Positions 1 to 10,258 of a stretch of DNA of 64,000 nucleotides are shown piece by piece; positions within the stretch are counted from its first letter, which is position 1; every line of letters begins with the position of its first letter. The stretch is from an uncultured Verrucomicrobiae bacterium (GTDB taxonomy: Bacteria; Verrucomicrobiota; Verrucomicrobiia; Chthoniobacterales; UBA10450), in assembly GCA_963756875.1 (NCBI GenBank), contig CAVWPA010000003.1, positions 384,001-448,000 of the forward strand, written 5' to 3'. The notes under the pieces are model-generated. The model searched no databases, was not told the origin of the DNA, and saw nothing but the letters and a program-made list of their open reading frames with translations. A program made the translations under genes and the position numbers.

Positions 1-1148
1 TTTTTCGAGAACCCAACAAGATGAGAGCCGAACTGCACAAGCAACCCGGCAGCCACAATAACGCACGCGATGTAAGGCGCCATGAAGCTCGGATTGTGCA
101 CCACCTGCAAAATCGTCGCTGTATCTCCTTTCTGAAATCCGGCCTGGTAAAACGTCTCGCCGCGGTAACGCAACGGATGGTTCATGTAGATGAGAACATC
201 GCGGTCCACCGAGCGCTCGGGATCGATCAGGGTAATCTTGCTCGCAAAATTCTTGGGGATGTCGGTCCCGGCATAGCGTTCGTGCGTGAACTTTTGCAAC
301 GTGACGCTGTAGGGCTCGTAATAGCGCTCCGGACGCAGCGCAATCATCCATCTGCGGCCGCCGCACCAAAATGTTTGTGGCGCGCCGAGCGCGTCCGAAA
401 CCAGCCATGTGCCGAGCGGAACACCCGATTGCTTCGGAACAATTTGGATGGCCGCGCTCATCACGTCCTGGTCGTTAACGCCCGTGACTGGTGGCGCCGG
501 CTCGACGGCAACCTGGGCGCCGGGGCCGCGATTTGCAATCGGCTGGATGTCGTTTCCTGATTCGCCCACCATCCGGAGGTGCGAGTTCTGATAAAAGTTC
601 TTCACCACAATTCGGAACGGCAAACTCCAATGATCGATCGTTCGATTGCGCCGCAGCACAGCATCCGGGATCGCGGTCACCTGATCGAAGTCGCCGCCGC
701 TGATGTCGATCACGGCCAATTCCATTCGCAGCGTGTCCTCCGAATAGTTTTTTGTTTCGCCGCGAGTGAGCCGCATGTGGCTTTCGACCGCGAAAAGATC
801 GGTGAAGAGGCCGCCGGCAAGCAAGATAATCAGGCCGGCGTGCGTGAGATGGATGCCGAGCTTGCGCCACGTCCAGCGAAAACGTTTCGCGTGAGCGGCG
901 ATGAGATTAACCAGCAGGATGGCGCCGATGAGATGGCCGCCGGGGAAAACAGGAACTTTAAAACCTGGCCCCTGCGACGACGGATACCAGACGAACAAAC
1001 TTTGGAAATAGCGCTGCTGCGCTTCGTGAATGCCAAGATGAACCTGGGCAAGCGTGCCCGCGAAGATAAGCGCCATCGCGGCCGCCAGACACACAATGGT
1101 TAGCTTGAGAGAGGTGAACAGATCAACGAGCCGCCGCCACATTGCCAT
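1..1148 (-). CDS. ResB/CcsB-like cytochrome c biogenesis protein (system II), 3' end runs off the window
   Basis: Missing from the ORF track (no stop in window). Manual translation from ATG 1148: MAMWRRLVDLFTSLKLTIVCL...GTLAQ...LGIHLTHAGLIILL...IYMNHPLRYRGETFYQAGF...VVHNPS, with ResB-type motifs. Start overlaps the upstream stop (TGATG). Confidence 0.8.
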   Translation of the reverse strand, partial: MAMWRRLVDLFTSLKLTIVCLAAAMALIFAGTLAQVHLGIHEAQQRYFQSLFVWYPSSQGPGFKVPVFPGGHLIGAILLVNLIAAHAKRFRWTWRKLGIHLTHAGLIILLAGGLFTDLFAVESHMRLTRGETKNYSEDTLRMELAVIDISGGDFDQVTAIPDAVLRRNRTIDHWSLPFRIVVKNFYQNSHLRMVGESGNDIQPIANRGPGAQVAVEPAPPVTGVNDQDVMSAAIQIVPKQSGVPLGTWLVSDALGAPQTFWCGGRRWMIALRPERYYEPYSVTLQKFTHERYAGTDIPKNFASKITLIDPERSVDRDVLIYMNHPLRYRGETFYQAGFQKGDTATILQVVHNPSFMAPYIACVIVAAGLLVQFGSHLVGFSK

Positions 1149-2244
1149 CAGGAATTAAACTGGATCGAGCGAAGAAAGTCTAAGAATTTCGATTTTTCCT
1201 GCTCAACCATTGGGCTAGGGCCGCTCATTTTGAAAAACCAGGTCCGGCCGTCCCGCCGTATCCACGCGGTGACAACCCGTGAATCGCTCCCCGCGAGATC
1301 GACGGTCGAGAAATCTGCGCTCCCTGCATTTAGCGGGACAATCGCCGCTGCGGCATCCTTTTCATCAAGCGGCGCGAGGCCGATTTGTCCACGCCAGCGG
1401 TTGACGTTGGCGGGATCGTCTCCGCCAGTGCCGGGAAAAGTAACCACAGAGATGTCGAGCTTGCCGCCATTTTCGCCCGACACGCTGAAGCTCGCGTAGC
1501 GCATCGCTGATGGCGGAACTTCCTTCCAATCAGCCGGCGCTTTCCATTTGATCTGTGGCGCGCCTGATTTCTGCGGCGGCGGCGGCATCGCCGCCATGTC
1601 CGGCGCTTTGTTTGTCGTCTGCGCGTTGCAAACAGCGGCAACCCATTTGATGAAATCGCTCTTCTGCGCCTCGGTCAGCGCGGCGTTTCCGCGCATTTTG
1701 AAAAACAGCGTCGAGCTGCTGGTGGGGGCCATGGCTGCAATAATTCTTCCGTCCTTGGCCGCGTCAGCGCCTTGCGGGAGTCCCGCCAGATCGAAAATCA
1801 GCACGTCTCCAATCGACGTAGTAAGCCGCTGCGCAATCCCGGCGAGTTTTTGCTGAGTGATCGGCGGCTGGCCAAGCTGGGAGAGCCAGCGATTCACATT
1901 TTCGAGCTCGTGTCCCGCGGCGGGGCCCAGGCTCACCAGTGAAATGTCCACGACGGCGCCGTTGTCGCCCTTAACCAAATAGCTGGCCCGCCGCATTTGA
2001 GAGAGCGGCTGCGGCTGCCAGCTCGGCGGCGTTGGGTACCTGTCGAGGTCGCGACCGGGGCCATTCCGCCTGAAAACGCGGGCGTAGCTTCGTTCGTCGG
2101 CATCGCGTTTTGCTGCCCGGGCGCGGCTTCCTCAAGGGGGGCCTTTGAGACCCGATACACCTTAATTTCTGCTTTTCTTTGGCACCCGGCGGCAAGCACA
2201 ACCACGACGAGCGCGCCCACCAAGAAAAGACTTCGCTCGGTCAT
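1148..2244 (-). CDS. Putative lipoprotein with two copies of an uncharacterised domain; frameshifted near 2040
   Basis: Lipobox LAAGC in ORF 1933..2376 (ATG 2244) joins ORF 1148..1996 through a one-base shift. The repeat unit W..P.S.MR.AS..V.G..G...DIS......NVNRW..Q.G..P occurs twice. Confidence 0.65.
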
Positions 2245-2501
2245 TGAGGAGCGAATATTACAACATGTTCGCTTCAGAGCGCTAGCCCAATGTTCAAGAA
2301 AATCATGTCCTAGCCCGGGAACTGGCGAAGGCTTTAACCGCGCGTGGCGCGTCGTGATCGCGACCGCCCGACGCACAGAGAAACTTGATCAACTCATGCG
2401 CTTTAACTTGTTTTTTTCTTGCGGGGCACAAAGCTAAAGGGCTACAACTCAAGGCGCGGTGCAGTAAAACGAGTAACTCGTTCGCCAAATATTCATTCTC
2501 G

Positions 2502-3950
2502 ATGGTTTCAAGGCCGAATCAGCCCCTGCTTGTTCTGCTAACGGGCCACTCGCTGAGCCTGATCGGTTCAGGGCTTGTTACGACGGCGGTTATTTTGCGG
2601 CTTTTTGTGGTGCCGTCGAGCGCGGGCGGCCCGGTGAGTAACCCGCATATCGGCATCCTCGTGTTCATTGGTCTGCCGATTGTATTTTTTGCCGGGTTGG
2701 CGCTAATTCTGATCGGCCTGTGGTGTTTTGAACCGGCGATTCCAAAAAGGTCTCGTGGAGGCTGCAGGTTATCGGAAGGTGCCGTTCCTTCAGTTGTGTG
2801 TAGAAAACGTCGCGCGGGCCTTCAGGTCGCGCTGCTGATGGTGACGTTGCCCTTGGCGCTCCATGCCGAGGAGGTGGATTGCCTGTCCTGCCATGCGGAC
2901 AAGAGCCTTCAGAACGCAGCAGGACAAAGTGTCACCGTGGATGCGCAAAAGTTTAGAGCGAGCATACACGGCAGTCTGAACTGCACCGATTGCCATACCG
3001 GGATCCAGGATTATCCCCATCCGGAACACCCCGCGCTTGCCAGATGCGATTCGTGCCACGCCGACGAGGTAGCAGCCGTCCACGGCAGTGTCCATGCCTC
3101 CGCCAGCGCACATCTGTGCACCGGCTGTCATGGAGATGCCCACGCGATCACCTCGAAGGACAATCCGCAGTCTCCGGTGTATGCACTGAATGTGCCCCGC
3201 ACGTGCGGGTCCTGCCACAGCAATCCGGACCTGGCAAGGAAACATGGCTTGACCAATGTCTATGCGATGTACATCGATTCCATTCACGGATTCGCTCTTA
3301 GTAAGGAAGGACTGCTGGTGGCCGCAAACTGCTCGAGCTGCCACGGAACACATCGCATCTTGAGTCGAACAGACCCGCGAAGCTCCACCTATAGAAGGAA
3401 CATTCCAGACACATGTGGAACCTGCCATGCAGGTATAAAGGTTGATTACCTCGCCGGCGCGCACGGAAGGGCCCTCGAAGCCGGCAACCTTAAGGCGCCG
3501 GTATGCACCGACTGCCATACCGCGCATCAGATCTCCGCGCCTCGGGAGGTGGCGTTTCAAGTGAGAACGACGGCTACGTGCGGCACGTGCCACCGGGAAA
3601 GGTTGACAACCTATCGGGACACCTTCCATGCGCAGGTGTCGGCGCTGGGCTATTCGGAAGTGGCGCGCTGCTGGGACTGTCACGGAGAGCACCGAATTCT
3701 GCCCGCATCCGATCCCAGGTCGCCGGTCAATAGGGCGAACTTGATTGCCACTTGCGGCAAATGCCATAGTAGCGCCAACGCGAGTTTTATTAGCTATCGA
3801 CCGCATGCGAATGCACGCGACCGCAGTTCGAACCCGACACTCTATTTCATCCGGGTCTTTATGAACGTGCTCCTGTGGAGCGTACTGGGATTTTTTGCCT
3901 TACACACCATATTGTGGTTTATCCGTTCGCGGTTCCCTAATAGGAAATGA
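2502..3950 (+). CDS. Membrane-anchored multiheme cytochrome c, 11 CxxCH (CbcL c-domain-like)
   Basis: 11 CxxCH motifs counted; C-terminal TM helix with His (FFALHTILW); directly upstream of a cytochrome b gene. Start uncertain. Confidence 0.85.
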   Translation: MVSRPNQPLLVLLTGHSLSLIGSGLVTTAVILRLFVVPSSAGGPVSNPHIGILVFIGLPIVFFAGLALILIGLWCFEPAIPKRSRGGCRLSEGAVPSVVCRKRRAGLQVALLMVTLPLALHAEEVDCLSCHADKSLQNAAGQSVTVDAQKFRASIHGSLNCTDCHTGIQDYPHPEHPALARCDSCHADEVAAVHGSVHASASAHLCTGCHGDAHAITSKDNPQSPVYALNVPRTCGSCHSNPDLARKHGLTNVYAMYIDSIHGFALSKEGLLVAANCSSCHGTHRILSRTDPRSSTYRRNIPDTCGTCHAGIKVDYLAGAHGRALEAGNLKAPVCTDCHTAHQISAPREVAFQVRTTATCGTCHRERLTTYRDTFHAQVSALGYSEVARCWDCHGEHRILPASDPRSPVNRANLIATCGKCHSSANASFISYRPHANARDRSSNPTLYFIRVFMNVLLWSVLGFFALHTILWFIRSRFPNRK

Positions 3951-3973
3951 GACATCGCTGACCAGACAGAATA

Positions 3974-4819
3974 ATGACCACAAAACACGAGGAAATCCGC
4001 GGCGAAGATCGATACTTCCTCCGTTTCAGGCCGGACCAAGTATATCTTCACGCCATCCTTGTCGGCACCTTTCTGGGTTTGGCCATGACTGGACTGCCGC
4101 TTCGCTTCAGCAACACAATCTGGGCAGCCCGCTTTGCGCAGGTCGTGGGCGGATTCGGCGCCATCCTCTTCTTTCACAAGTTCTGCGCTGTGGTCCTGAC
4201 GGCAGCCTTTCTGGTTCACGTGGCGCACATTCTAAATCGCGGGCTGATTCGCAGGGAGACTGGCATTTTCTGGGGGCCGACATCTATGGTCCCTCAGTGG
4301 AAGGATCTAGTCGATCTATTCGGCCATCTGCGGTGGTTTATTGGACTTGGACCAAGGCCGCAATTCGAGCGCTATGCGTATTGGGAGAAGTTTGATTACT
4401 GGGCAGTCTTCTGGGGAATGGTCATCATCGGTTTGTCCGGATATGTCATGTGGTTCGCGCCATTCTTTGCCAGATTCCTGCCCGGTTGGGCCTTAAACGC
4501 CGCACTCGTCATACACGGCGAGGAAGCCCTGCTCGCGGTTCTATTCATTTTCGCTATCCATTTCTTCAATGCTCATCTTCGCCCGGATAGTTTCCCAATG
4601 GATCTGGTTATCATGACCGGCAGGGAGAGCGAAACGGAATTTCAGAAAAAGCGTTCGCTGGAGTATCAGCGGCTTGCCGGCCAGGGAAACCTGGAGGCGA
4701 GAATCGTCAGCAAGCCCCCGCCGCCGTTGGTAAAGTTCAGCAGGGTGGCGGGATCCATCGCTATTCTGATCGGGTTGGTGCTTCTGGTGTTGACGTTGAT
4801 CGCTTATTTCAGCGAATAA
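3974..4819 (+). CDS. Cytochrome b subunit (FdnI/HydC-like, CbcL b-domain-like)
   Basis: Several TM helices with His ligands (YLHAIL, FFHKF, VIHGEEA, AIHFFN); RYAYWEKFDYWAVFWG motif. Confidence 0.85.
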   Translation: MTTKHEEIRGEDRYFLRFRPDQVYLHAILVGTFLGLAMTGLPLRFSNTIWAARFAQVVGGFGAILFFHKFCAVVLTAAFLVHVAHILNRGLIRRETGIFWGPTSMVPQWKDLVDLFGHLRWFIGLGPRPQFERYAYWEKFDYWAVFWGMVIIGLSGYVMWFAPFFARFLPGWALNAALVIHGEEALLAVLFIFAIHFFNAHLRPDSFPMDLVIMTGRESETEFQKKRSLEYQRLAGQGNLEARIVSKPPPPLVKFSRVAGSIAILIGLVLLVLTLIAYFSE

Positions 4820-4948
4820 CACGAGTATAGCCCTTCGGCCGAAGCCTGCACCTATCGGGCATCTCGGCTATTGGCTTGCTATGCCAGCAGGATGCCGAGG
4901 CTCAAAGGCAGAAAGTTTCTCAGCAAGACGCGCGACGGAGTCCAGAGC

Positions 4949-6427
4949 TTAGAGCAGGTCGCCGGTATGGCACTCATAGCATTTCATATCGCCGTAATCG
5001 CCTCCCGGATGGGCGAACAGCTGACCGCGTGCATCAAGTTGATCAAGTTGCGGGCCACTGCCCTGGGCCAGGATCATGTGACAGGCGTTGCAGTCATTGG
5101 TAATAGTCTTTTTGCCGTCGGCGGTTTTGTGTTGGCCGTCGTGGCAGCGGAAACAGCCGGCCCAGTTCCGGTGGCCGATGTCATCGGGATAAACTTTCCA
5201 GTTGGCTTTCATCTCGGGGAAAAAGTTCTGGCGGTAAATGCGCTGGACTTCGTTGATCGCCTGCCGCGCCCGCGCGTCGCCGGGATAGTACGAGGCCAGT
5301 TTGGTGGCGATCTTCTCCAGCCCTTCGGTTCGCGTGGCATAGCGCTGCGTCAGCACTTCCACGGCGTGTTTTTTGATGAACGGCAACGTCCGATCGATCT
5401 GGCCCAGCGCGATGGCCAGGTCTACGGCAATATCGGGTGGCTGGAAGTTGTGTGACGGCCGGTTGTGGCAGTCCATGCAGTCCATCCGCCGGATTTGAGA
5501 TGCATCGATTTTGTTCTTGAAATCCGGCGTGCTGAATTCGGCCACCACTCCCTGGTAATCAGTCATGCGCACCCAGGGGATAGTCTGGCGGGTGTTGTCG
5601 CTGGCGATGTATTCGATTTTGTTGGCGACGTTCATGTGCCAGTGAATGCCGCCCACCGGTCCGTGCGTTGCATCGGCGCCGCCCACCTTAATCAACAGCC
5701 GCACGGCATACGGCGTGTTCTTTTCGTCCGCCAGAAAATGCCGAAACGTCCGATCGAGATTGCCGACAAATTTCTTTGGCCAGTGGCACTGCTCGCAGGT
5801 TTGCTGGGCGGGGCGCAGGTTCTTGATCGGCGTTTCGATCGGGCGCGGAAACCTGTTGAACAGGACCGCATATACCTGGTAGGTGCCGCTGATCTTCGAT
5901 TTCACAAACCAGGTCGCGCCGGGCCCAATGTGGCATTCTGTGCAAGCCACCCGCGCGTGCGGCGAGTTTTCGTAAGTAGTCAGTTCCGGGCTCATGACGG
6001 CGTGGCAGGCCTGGCCGCAAAACTGGACCGACTCGGTGAAATGATAGGTTTGGTAACTGCCGAACGCCGATAAAAATAAGAATCCAACGCTGACCACGGC
6101 GAAGATGCCGAAGATTTTCCGGTCGCGCGGCCGTGACAAGTCAATTTTGATACCGAGAGGTTCAGCCACTCGCACGGCGCGGCGTCGCGTGCGCCAGCGA
6201 ATAAGTGCACCAAGCAACGCGAAAAAGATTCCGACAACAAAAAACAGCGGCGCAACCAAGTAGGCGAGAATGCCGACATACGGATTCGGATAACCGGCGA
6301 ACAGGTCGATCGTGAAAAGGAGAAAAAACGAAAAAAGCGCGCTGGCGGCGAGGACCATTCCCGACCAGCTAAGCCAGTTGCGGAAATTGCGCCTGAAAGG
6401 CCGGGGCTGCGCGGGACCTTCAGGCAT
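4949..6427 (-). CDS. NapC/NirT-family heptaheme quinol dehydrogenase (ImcH-like)
   Basis: Three N-terminal TM helices, FCGQACH (CX3CH) plus 6 CxxCH, SPHARVACTECH NapC-type motif. ATG 6427 preferred over ORF start 6571. Confidence 0.85.
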   Translation of the reverse strand: MPEGPAQPRPFRRNFRNWLSWSGMVLAASALFSFFLLFTIDLFAGYPNPYVGILAYLVAPLFFVVGIFFALLGALIRWRTRRRAVRVAEPLGIKIDLSRPRDRKIFGIFAVVSVGFLFLSAFGSYQTYHFTESVQFCGQACHAVMSPELTTYENSPHARVACTECHIGPGATWFVKSKISGTYQVYAVLFNRFPRPIETPIKNLRPAQQTCEQCHWPKKFVGNLDRTFRHFLADEKNTPYAVRLLIKVGGADATHGPVGGIHWHMNVANKIEYIASDNTRQTIPWVRMTDYQGVVAEFSTPDFKNKIDASQIRRMDCMDCHNRPSHNFQPPDIAVDLAIALGQIDRTLPFIKKHAVEVLTQRYATRTEGLEKIATKLASYYPGDARARQAINEVQRIYRQNFFPEMKANWKVYPDDIGHRNWAGCFRCHDGQHKTADGKKTITNDCNACHMILAQGSGPQLDQLDARGQLFAHPGGDYGDMKCYECHTGDLL

Positions 6428-6881
6428 TACTCGATTACCGGTTGCGGATCTTTGGGAACTACGGGCTGTTTGGCAGCCTCTGTCATTCCCAGGGAGGTCG
6501 AGAATGGAGCGGCTTGGGAAGCCGCAGCATAGGCGAAAAGGCCGAAGGCTGAGCGAGCGCGAACCGAGCAAATCAAATCTCTAATTGCCACAGCCTGGCT
6601 CCGGAATGCAGTAAGAGATGTCTCGACTTCACTCGACATGACAGAAGTAAGCTCTTTTTTAACGGGCCCGAGTATGGCAGCCCGATTCAGCCGAGGGAAT
6701 CTTTTTTTTCAGTTCAGAGCCCGCGATGGTTTACGGGATGGAGGATGCGCTGCGCCGCATCCAAAGAATTTAGGACGAGACTCACCCCGGCGAGCAAGTT
6801 GCGGTCGTCCCTCCAGGCAACAAGCGTCGCCTCTCCGGACAAATGCTCCGTAGACGGACTTTTCGCGAGGCGCTTCGCTAT

Positions 6882-7196
6882 TTATTTCTTGAACGAGCGA
6901 ACATAGGCCACGAGCGCCTTGATCTCGTCGTTGGAAAGCTTGCCCTTAGATCCCTTCATCTTCTCCTTGCCGTTCTCGATGATTTCGGTCGCTTGCGCGT
7001 CGGTGAATCCGGCCTGCACCTTGGGGTCGCGGTAATCCTTGATGCCCAATTTCTTGCCCATCATCGTGCTCCCGCTGCCATCTTTTCCATGGCAGCCTGC
7101 ACAATGCAGGCTCCAGTTTGCCGCCGCGTCCGCTGCGAACGCCACGCCTCCCGACGCCATGATTGCTGCTAATACGAGCGATATTTTTCGTTTCAT
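6882..7196 (-). CDS. Periplasmic monoheme class I cytochrome c
   Basis: Signal peptide, CAGCH, distal Met (KEKMKG), LSNDEIKALVAYVR helix. Confidence 0.9.
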   Translation of the reverse strand: MKRKISLVLAAIMASGGVAFAADAAANWSLHCAGCHGKDGSGSTMMGKKLGIKDYRDPKVQAGFTDAQATEIIENGKEKMKGSKGKLSNDEIKALVAYVRSFKK

Positions 7197-7530
7197 GAGA
7201 TTAAGCCTTTCGTTCTTTATGCAAGATTTGACGCAAAAACTTCAATTTGCTTCACAGCAACATTGGAGCCGACTGCCGACAATGGCAACTCTGAGCAAAG
7301 GCGCGAAATTCGTCAATCTTCAGGGAGACGTGGCTTGGCGGGATTTGCCCTGGCAAAGGTAAATGGGGCTCGCTGCAAGCCTGGGCTCACCCATTGTGGC
7401 ACGCACGGGCATTTGCGATGGGGTGGAATCGGCCGCTCCGCGGGCGATGTTATAATAATAAATGCGGCTGCGCCGCCTGACTTACCATCGAGCTCGGAGA
7501 GCTCGATCCACCTTTTAGCCCCCGGGCCGT

Positions 7531-7860
7531 TTATTTCTTCAGCGTTCGCACGTAGGCAACGAGCGCCTTGACATCATCGTCGCCGAGCTTACTGCCGAAG
7601 GCTTTCATCACCATCTTGCCGTTTTCCTTTTTGCCGTTCTTAATCGCGTCGGCCGCCTCGGCGTCGGTGAAAGAGGCCTGAACCTTCGGGTCGGTCAAAT
7701 TCTTCGCGTTCAGAATCTTTCCCATCTTTGTGTCGGCGGCGCCGGTTTTTCCGTGACACTGCGCGCAGTTATTGTCCCAGTTTGTCTTCGCGTCTGCCGC
7801 GCGAGCAGACAGAGGCAGGGTGGCAAGCAGGCCGAGAGCGATGATGAGGATTGTTTTCAT
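7531..7860 (-). CDS. Periplasmic monoheme class I cytochrome c (paralog)
   Basis: Signal peptide, CAQCH, MKAF distal Met; clearly similar to 6882..7196. Confidence 0.9.
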   Translation of the reverse strand: MKTILIIALGLLATLPLSARAADAKTNWDNNCAQCHGKTGAADTKMGKILNAKNLTDPKVQASFTDAEAADAIKNGKKENGKMVMKAFGSKLGDDDVKALVAYVRTLKK

Positions 7861-7958
7861 AAAAAGAGTCTTTTCTGAATGGTGCTAATCAATTAAGCCC
7901 GGCATTTGTTCGCGTGCAAGCTGGCATCTGCCCGGGCTTTGCCGAGAGACGGGTTGAC

Positions 7959-8047
7959 TGTAGTGGCAGCCGTGTCGGCTGCGTTACCGCCCTGCGGGCG
8001 ACACGTCCGCCGCTGGGCGGACTCGCCGCGGTGAGCCTGCCTCTACA
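7959..8047. repeat. GTAG-type REP doublet (REPIN-like)
   Basis: TGTAGTGGCAGCCGTGTCGGCTGC ... GCGGGCGACAC[insert]GCCTGCCTCTACA in inverted orientation. Confidence 0.6.
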
Positions 8048-8086
8048 GAACCAAGCAACAGGCTCTTCAACAACGCCAGTTACGCC

Positions 8087-10247
8087 TTAGAAGCGATACT
8101 GCAGACTCGAAAAGAACGAGTGAGCGTTGTAATTGTTATGCCCGCCGGAAGTCTCGTCGGTATAATGAAAATAAGCGTAGCGTAGCATCAGGCGCACGTT
8201 CGTGGTGAGCTGCCGGCTGATGCTCGCCGAGACGGTGTGTTCAGTCGCGTCCATGCCGAAGGGCAGTGAAGCGTCAATATTGTTCACGTAATCGTTCGCG
8301 CGATAATACGTGTAATCGGCGTGGAAATCGGTCTTATTATCGATGATAAAGCCGGCGCCGCCGGTTACCGTCCAATAATCGTTTTGGAAATTCAGGACAG
8401 TAGGGGCGCTGTCGGTAACGATAATATTGGATGCCGGTGTCTTGGTCTCATCGAGGACATAGGAAAGGGTGCCCTGGAGGTAAAGTCGGGCGAGCGGGTT
8501 CCAGGTAAGCGTTTCTCCAATCACATGGCTGGTGATCAGCGCAGTATGCTCGTCGGCCAGTTTCGTGCCCAGCCCGTCCAGGGACCACATGCCGCTTATA
8601 AGAGTCTGCATGTAGTCGTAGCGGGTCACCATGGAAAGCGTCCCCAGCGACGCCGGGATATTCGGCCGGAAATTAATCCGAATATTGAAATCGTTTGTGT
8701 TCCAATCCTGGCTCTGCAATCGCTGGCCGCCGCCCTCGTCAGTTTTGAAGTCGTTGTCGTACTCTGCGGCCTTATAATGGTACTCGCCGGAGAGACTGAG
8801 GTTCGGCATCGTGTACCAGTTCGCGCCAATGGCGTACTTTTGGCCAAGAAGAGAAGTGTCCTTGTTCAGCAACGCCGCAAGCGAGCCGTCGGCGACTGAA
8901 TGCTCGTGCACGTTGCCGCATTCTTCCGTCCACTCGCCTTCCGTCCAGAAAAGCCAGTTGTTAATGCCAGTGTAACGGGCCTCGAGCCGCTCCGCAAAAT
9001 TGTCGAAGTCTTGTGACGTATCGGCGGATTCCGGCTCGAATATAGCGGCTCCGCCCGTGCTTCGTCACGTTCGTGCCCAGGAAAGTGGACCAACTATCGT
9101 GGTTCTCGTGCGTGTAGCGGAATCCGCTGAGCAACGTCAGGTCCTTGATGGGCATCCAGTAAAGGTTGGCATTAAAAAGGTGGTCGCTTACTTCCGACGT
9201 CCCCGCCAGATCCAGGAACCCTTCGTCGTGGTTTTGAGATATAGAAAGCGGCGAGACGAACATGGAATTGTAATCGGTCCCGATGATGCGGGTGCCTGAA
9301 ATATCGCTTCCGAGGGTGGTGTAAGAATAACCTGCCGTGAACCAGAACGTGTCGCTGAAGCGCGTCTCGGTAATCACATGTCCGTTAAACAGGTCCAGGT
9401 CATTCTGATCGTGCTGGGTGATGTAACGCTGAGCGGCCGGGTTCCCAACGCTCCGCTGGAGCTGCAACCGGTCGTCGTTGTTGTTATGCTCGTAGCGCAT
9501 TCCAAGGTCGATATCGGTATTCCCAAAAGTCTTCGACGCGTCGAACGAAAGAATGTCACGTGTCTCGTCGATGTTCCGGAACGCGGGCGCGATCTTGCGC
9601 GTTCCAGCGGGCGTGCTGGTGTCGCCCCAGCTGGTCGAATCCTTGTCGCCGTTTCGAAACTCGTGCGAGTAATGGATGGTGATCTCGGGCCAGTCTGGCA
9701 TCCGCAGGCCAAGTTCCACCCAGGCGATCCCGCGATCGAGCGTGAGCTCATGATACCGCGGCGGAATCCAGGCCCCGCCGTCGGCCGGTGCAAAGCCGCC
9801 GTTATCGTCGTACCAGCTTCGAAACTCCGTGTAACCGCCGCGGATATATCCCAGGCCCGGCTGGGACAAATCGATCTTCACGTCGTAATCGTGATTGTCG
9901 AAAATGGCGTGACCATCGACGGTCAGCGTCGCATTCTTGCCGACGCTTCGTTCCAGATGCAGGTCCTGGATGCCGCCGAAAACATCCCCGGAAATCCGGT
10001 GTTCCTGTTTAAATTGCGCCGCGTCGCCATTGATAATATTCCCGCCGATTCCGATCTCGACCCAGTTTTTGTACTCCGGCGTCTGTTCCGTCGCGCCGGC
10101 TACCGCCGATTTTCCGTCCGGTGTCCCCGTCCCGTCAGCCGTGACTCCGGCGCGCAGCGGGTAATTTGCGCAGACCAAGGCGCAGAAAAGCAACGCGAGG
10201 TTGCGCGCGAACCGACCTCCACCAGTTGAGATGCAAATCGCGCTCAT
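8087..10247 (-). CDS. MtrB/PioB-like outer-membrane beta-barrel porin (~719 aa), one frameshift near 9061
   Basis: ORFs 8961..10247 and 8087..8911 join if one base is removed near 9061. Signal peptide, alternating beta-strand pattern, C-terminal YRF; adjacent to an MtrA-like cytochrome. Confidence 0.8.
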
Positions 10248-10258
10248 ATTAATATCAA

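Noticed and set aside
21..1103. Plus-strand ORFs 21..560 and 579..1103
   Set aside because: Antisense shadows of the minus-strand ResB-like gene, which the ORF track missed because it runs off the window.
2385..2392. TTGATCAA as an FNR box
   Set aside because: Lacks the 4-nt spacer of TTGAT-N4-ATCAA; no convincing FNR box was seen in the window.
2427..2452. CAA-N18-CAA upstream of the 11-heme cytochrome
   Set aside because: Spacing fits but both conserved internal G positions are missing; not counted as a regulon site.
6427..6639. 70-aa ORF overlapping the imcH-like start
   Set aside because: The TAATG overlap is suggestive, but there is no recognisable motif or clear RBS.
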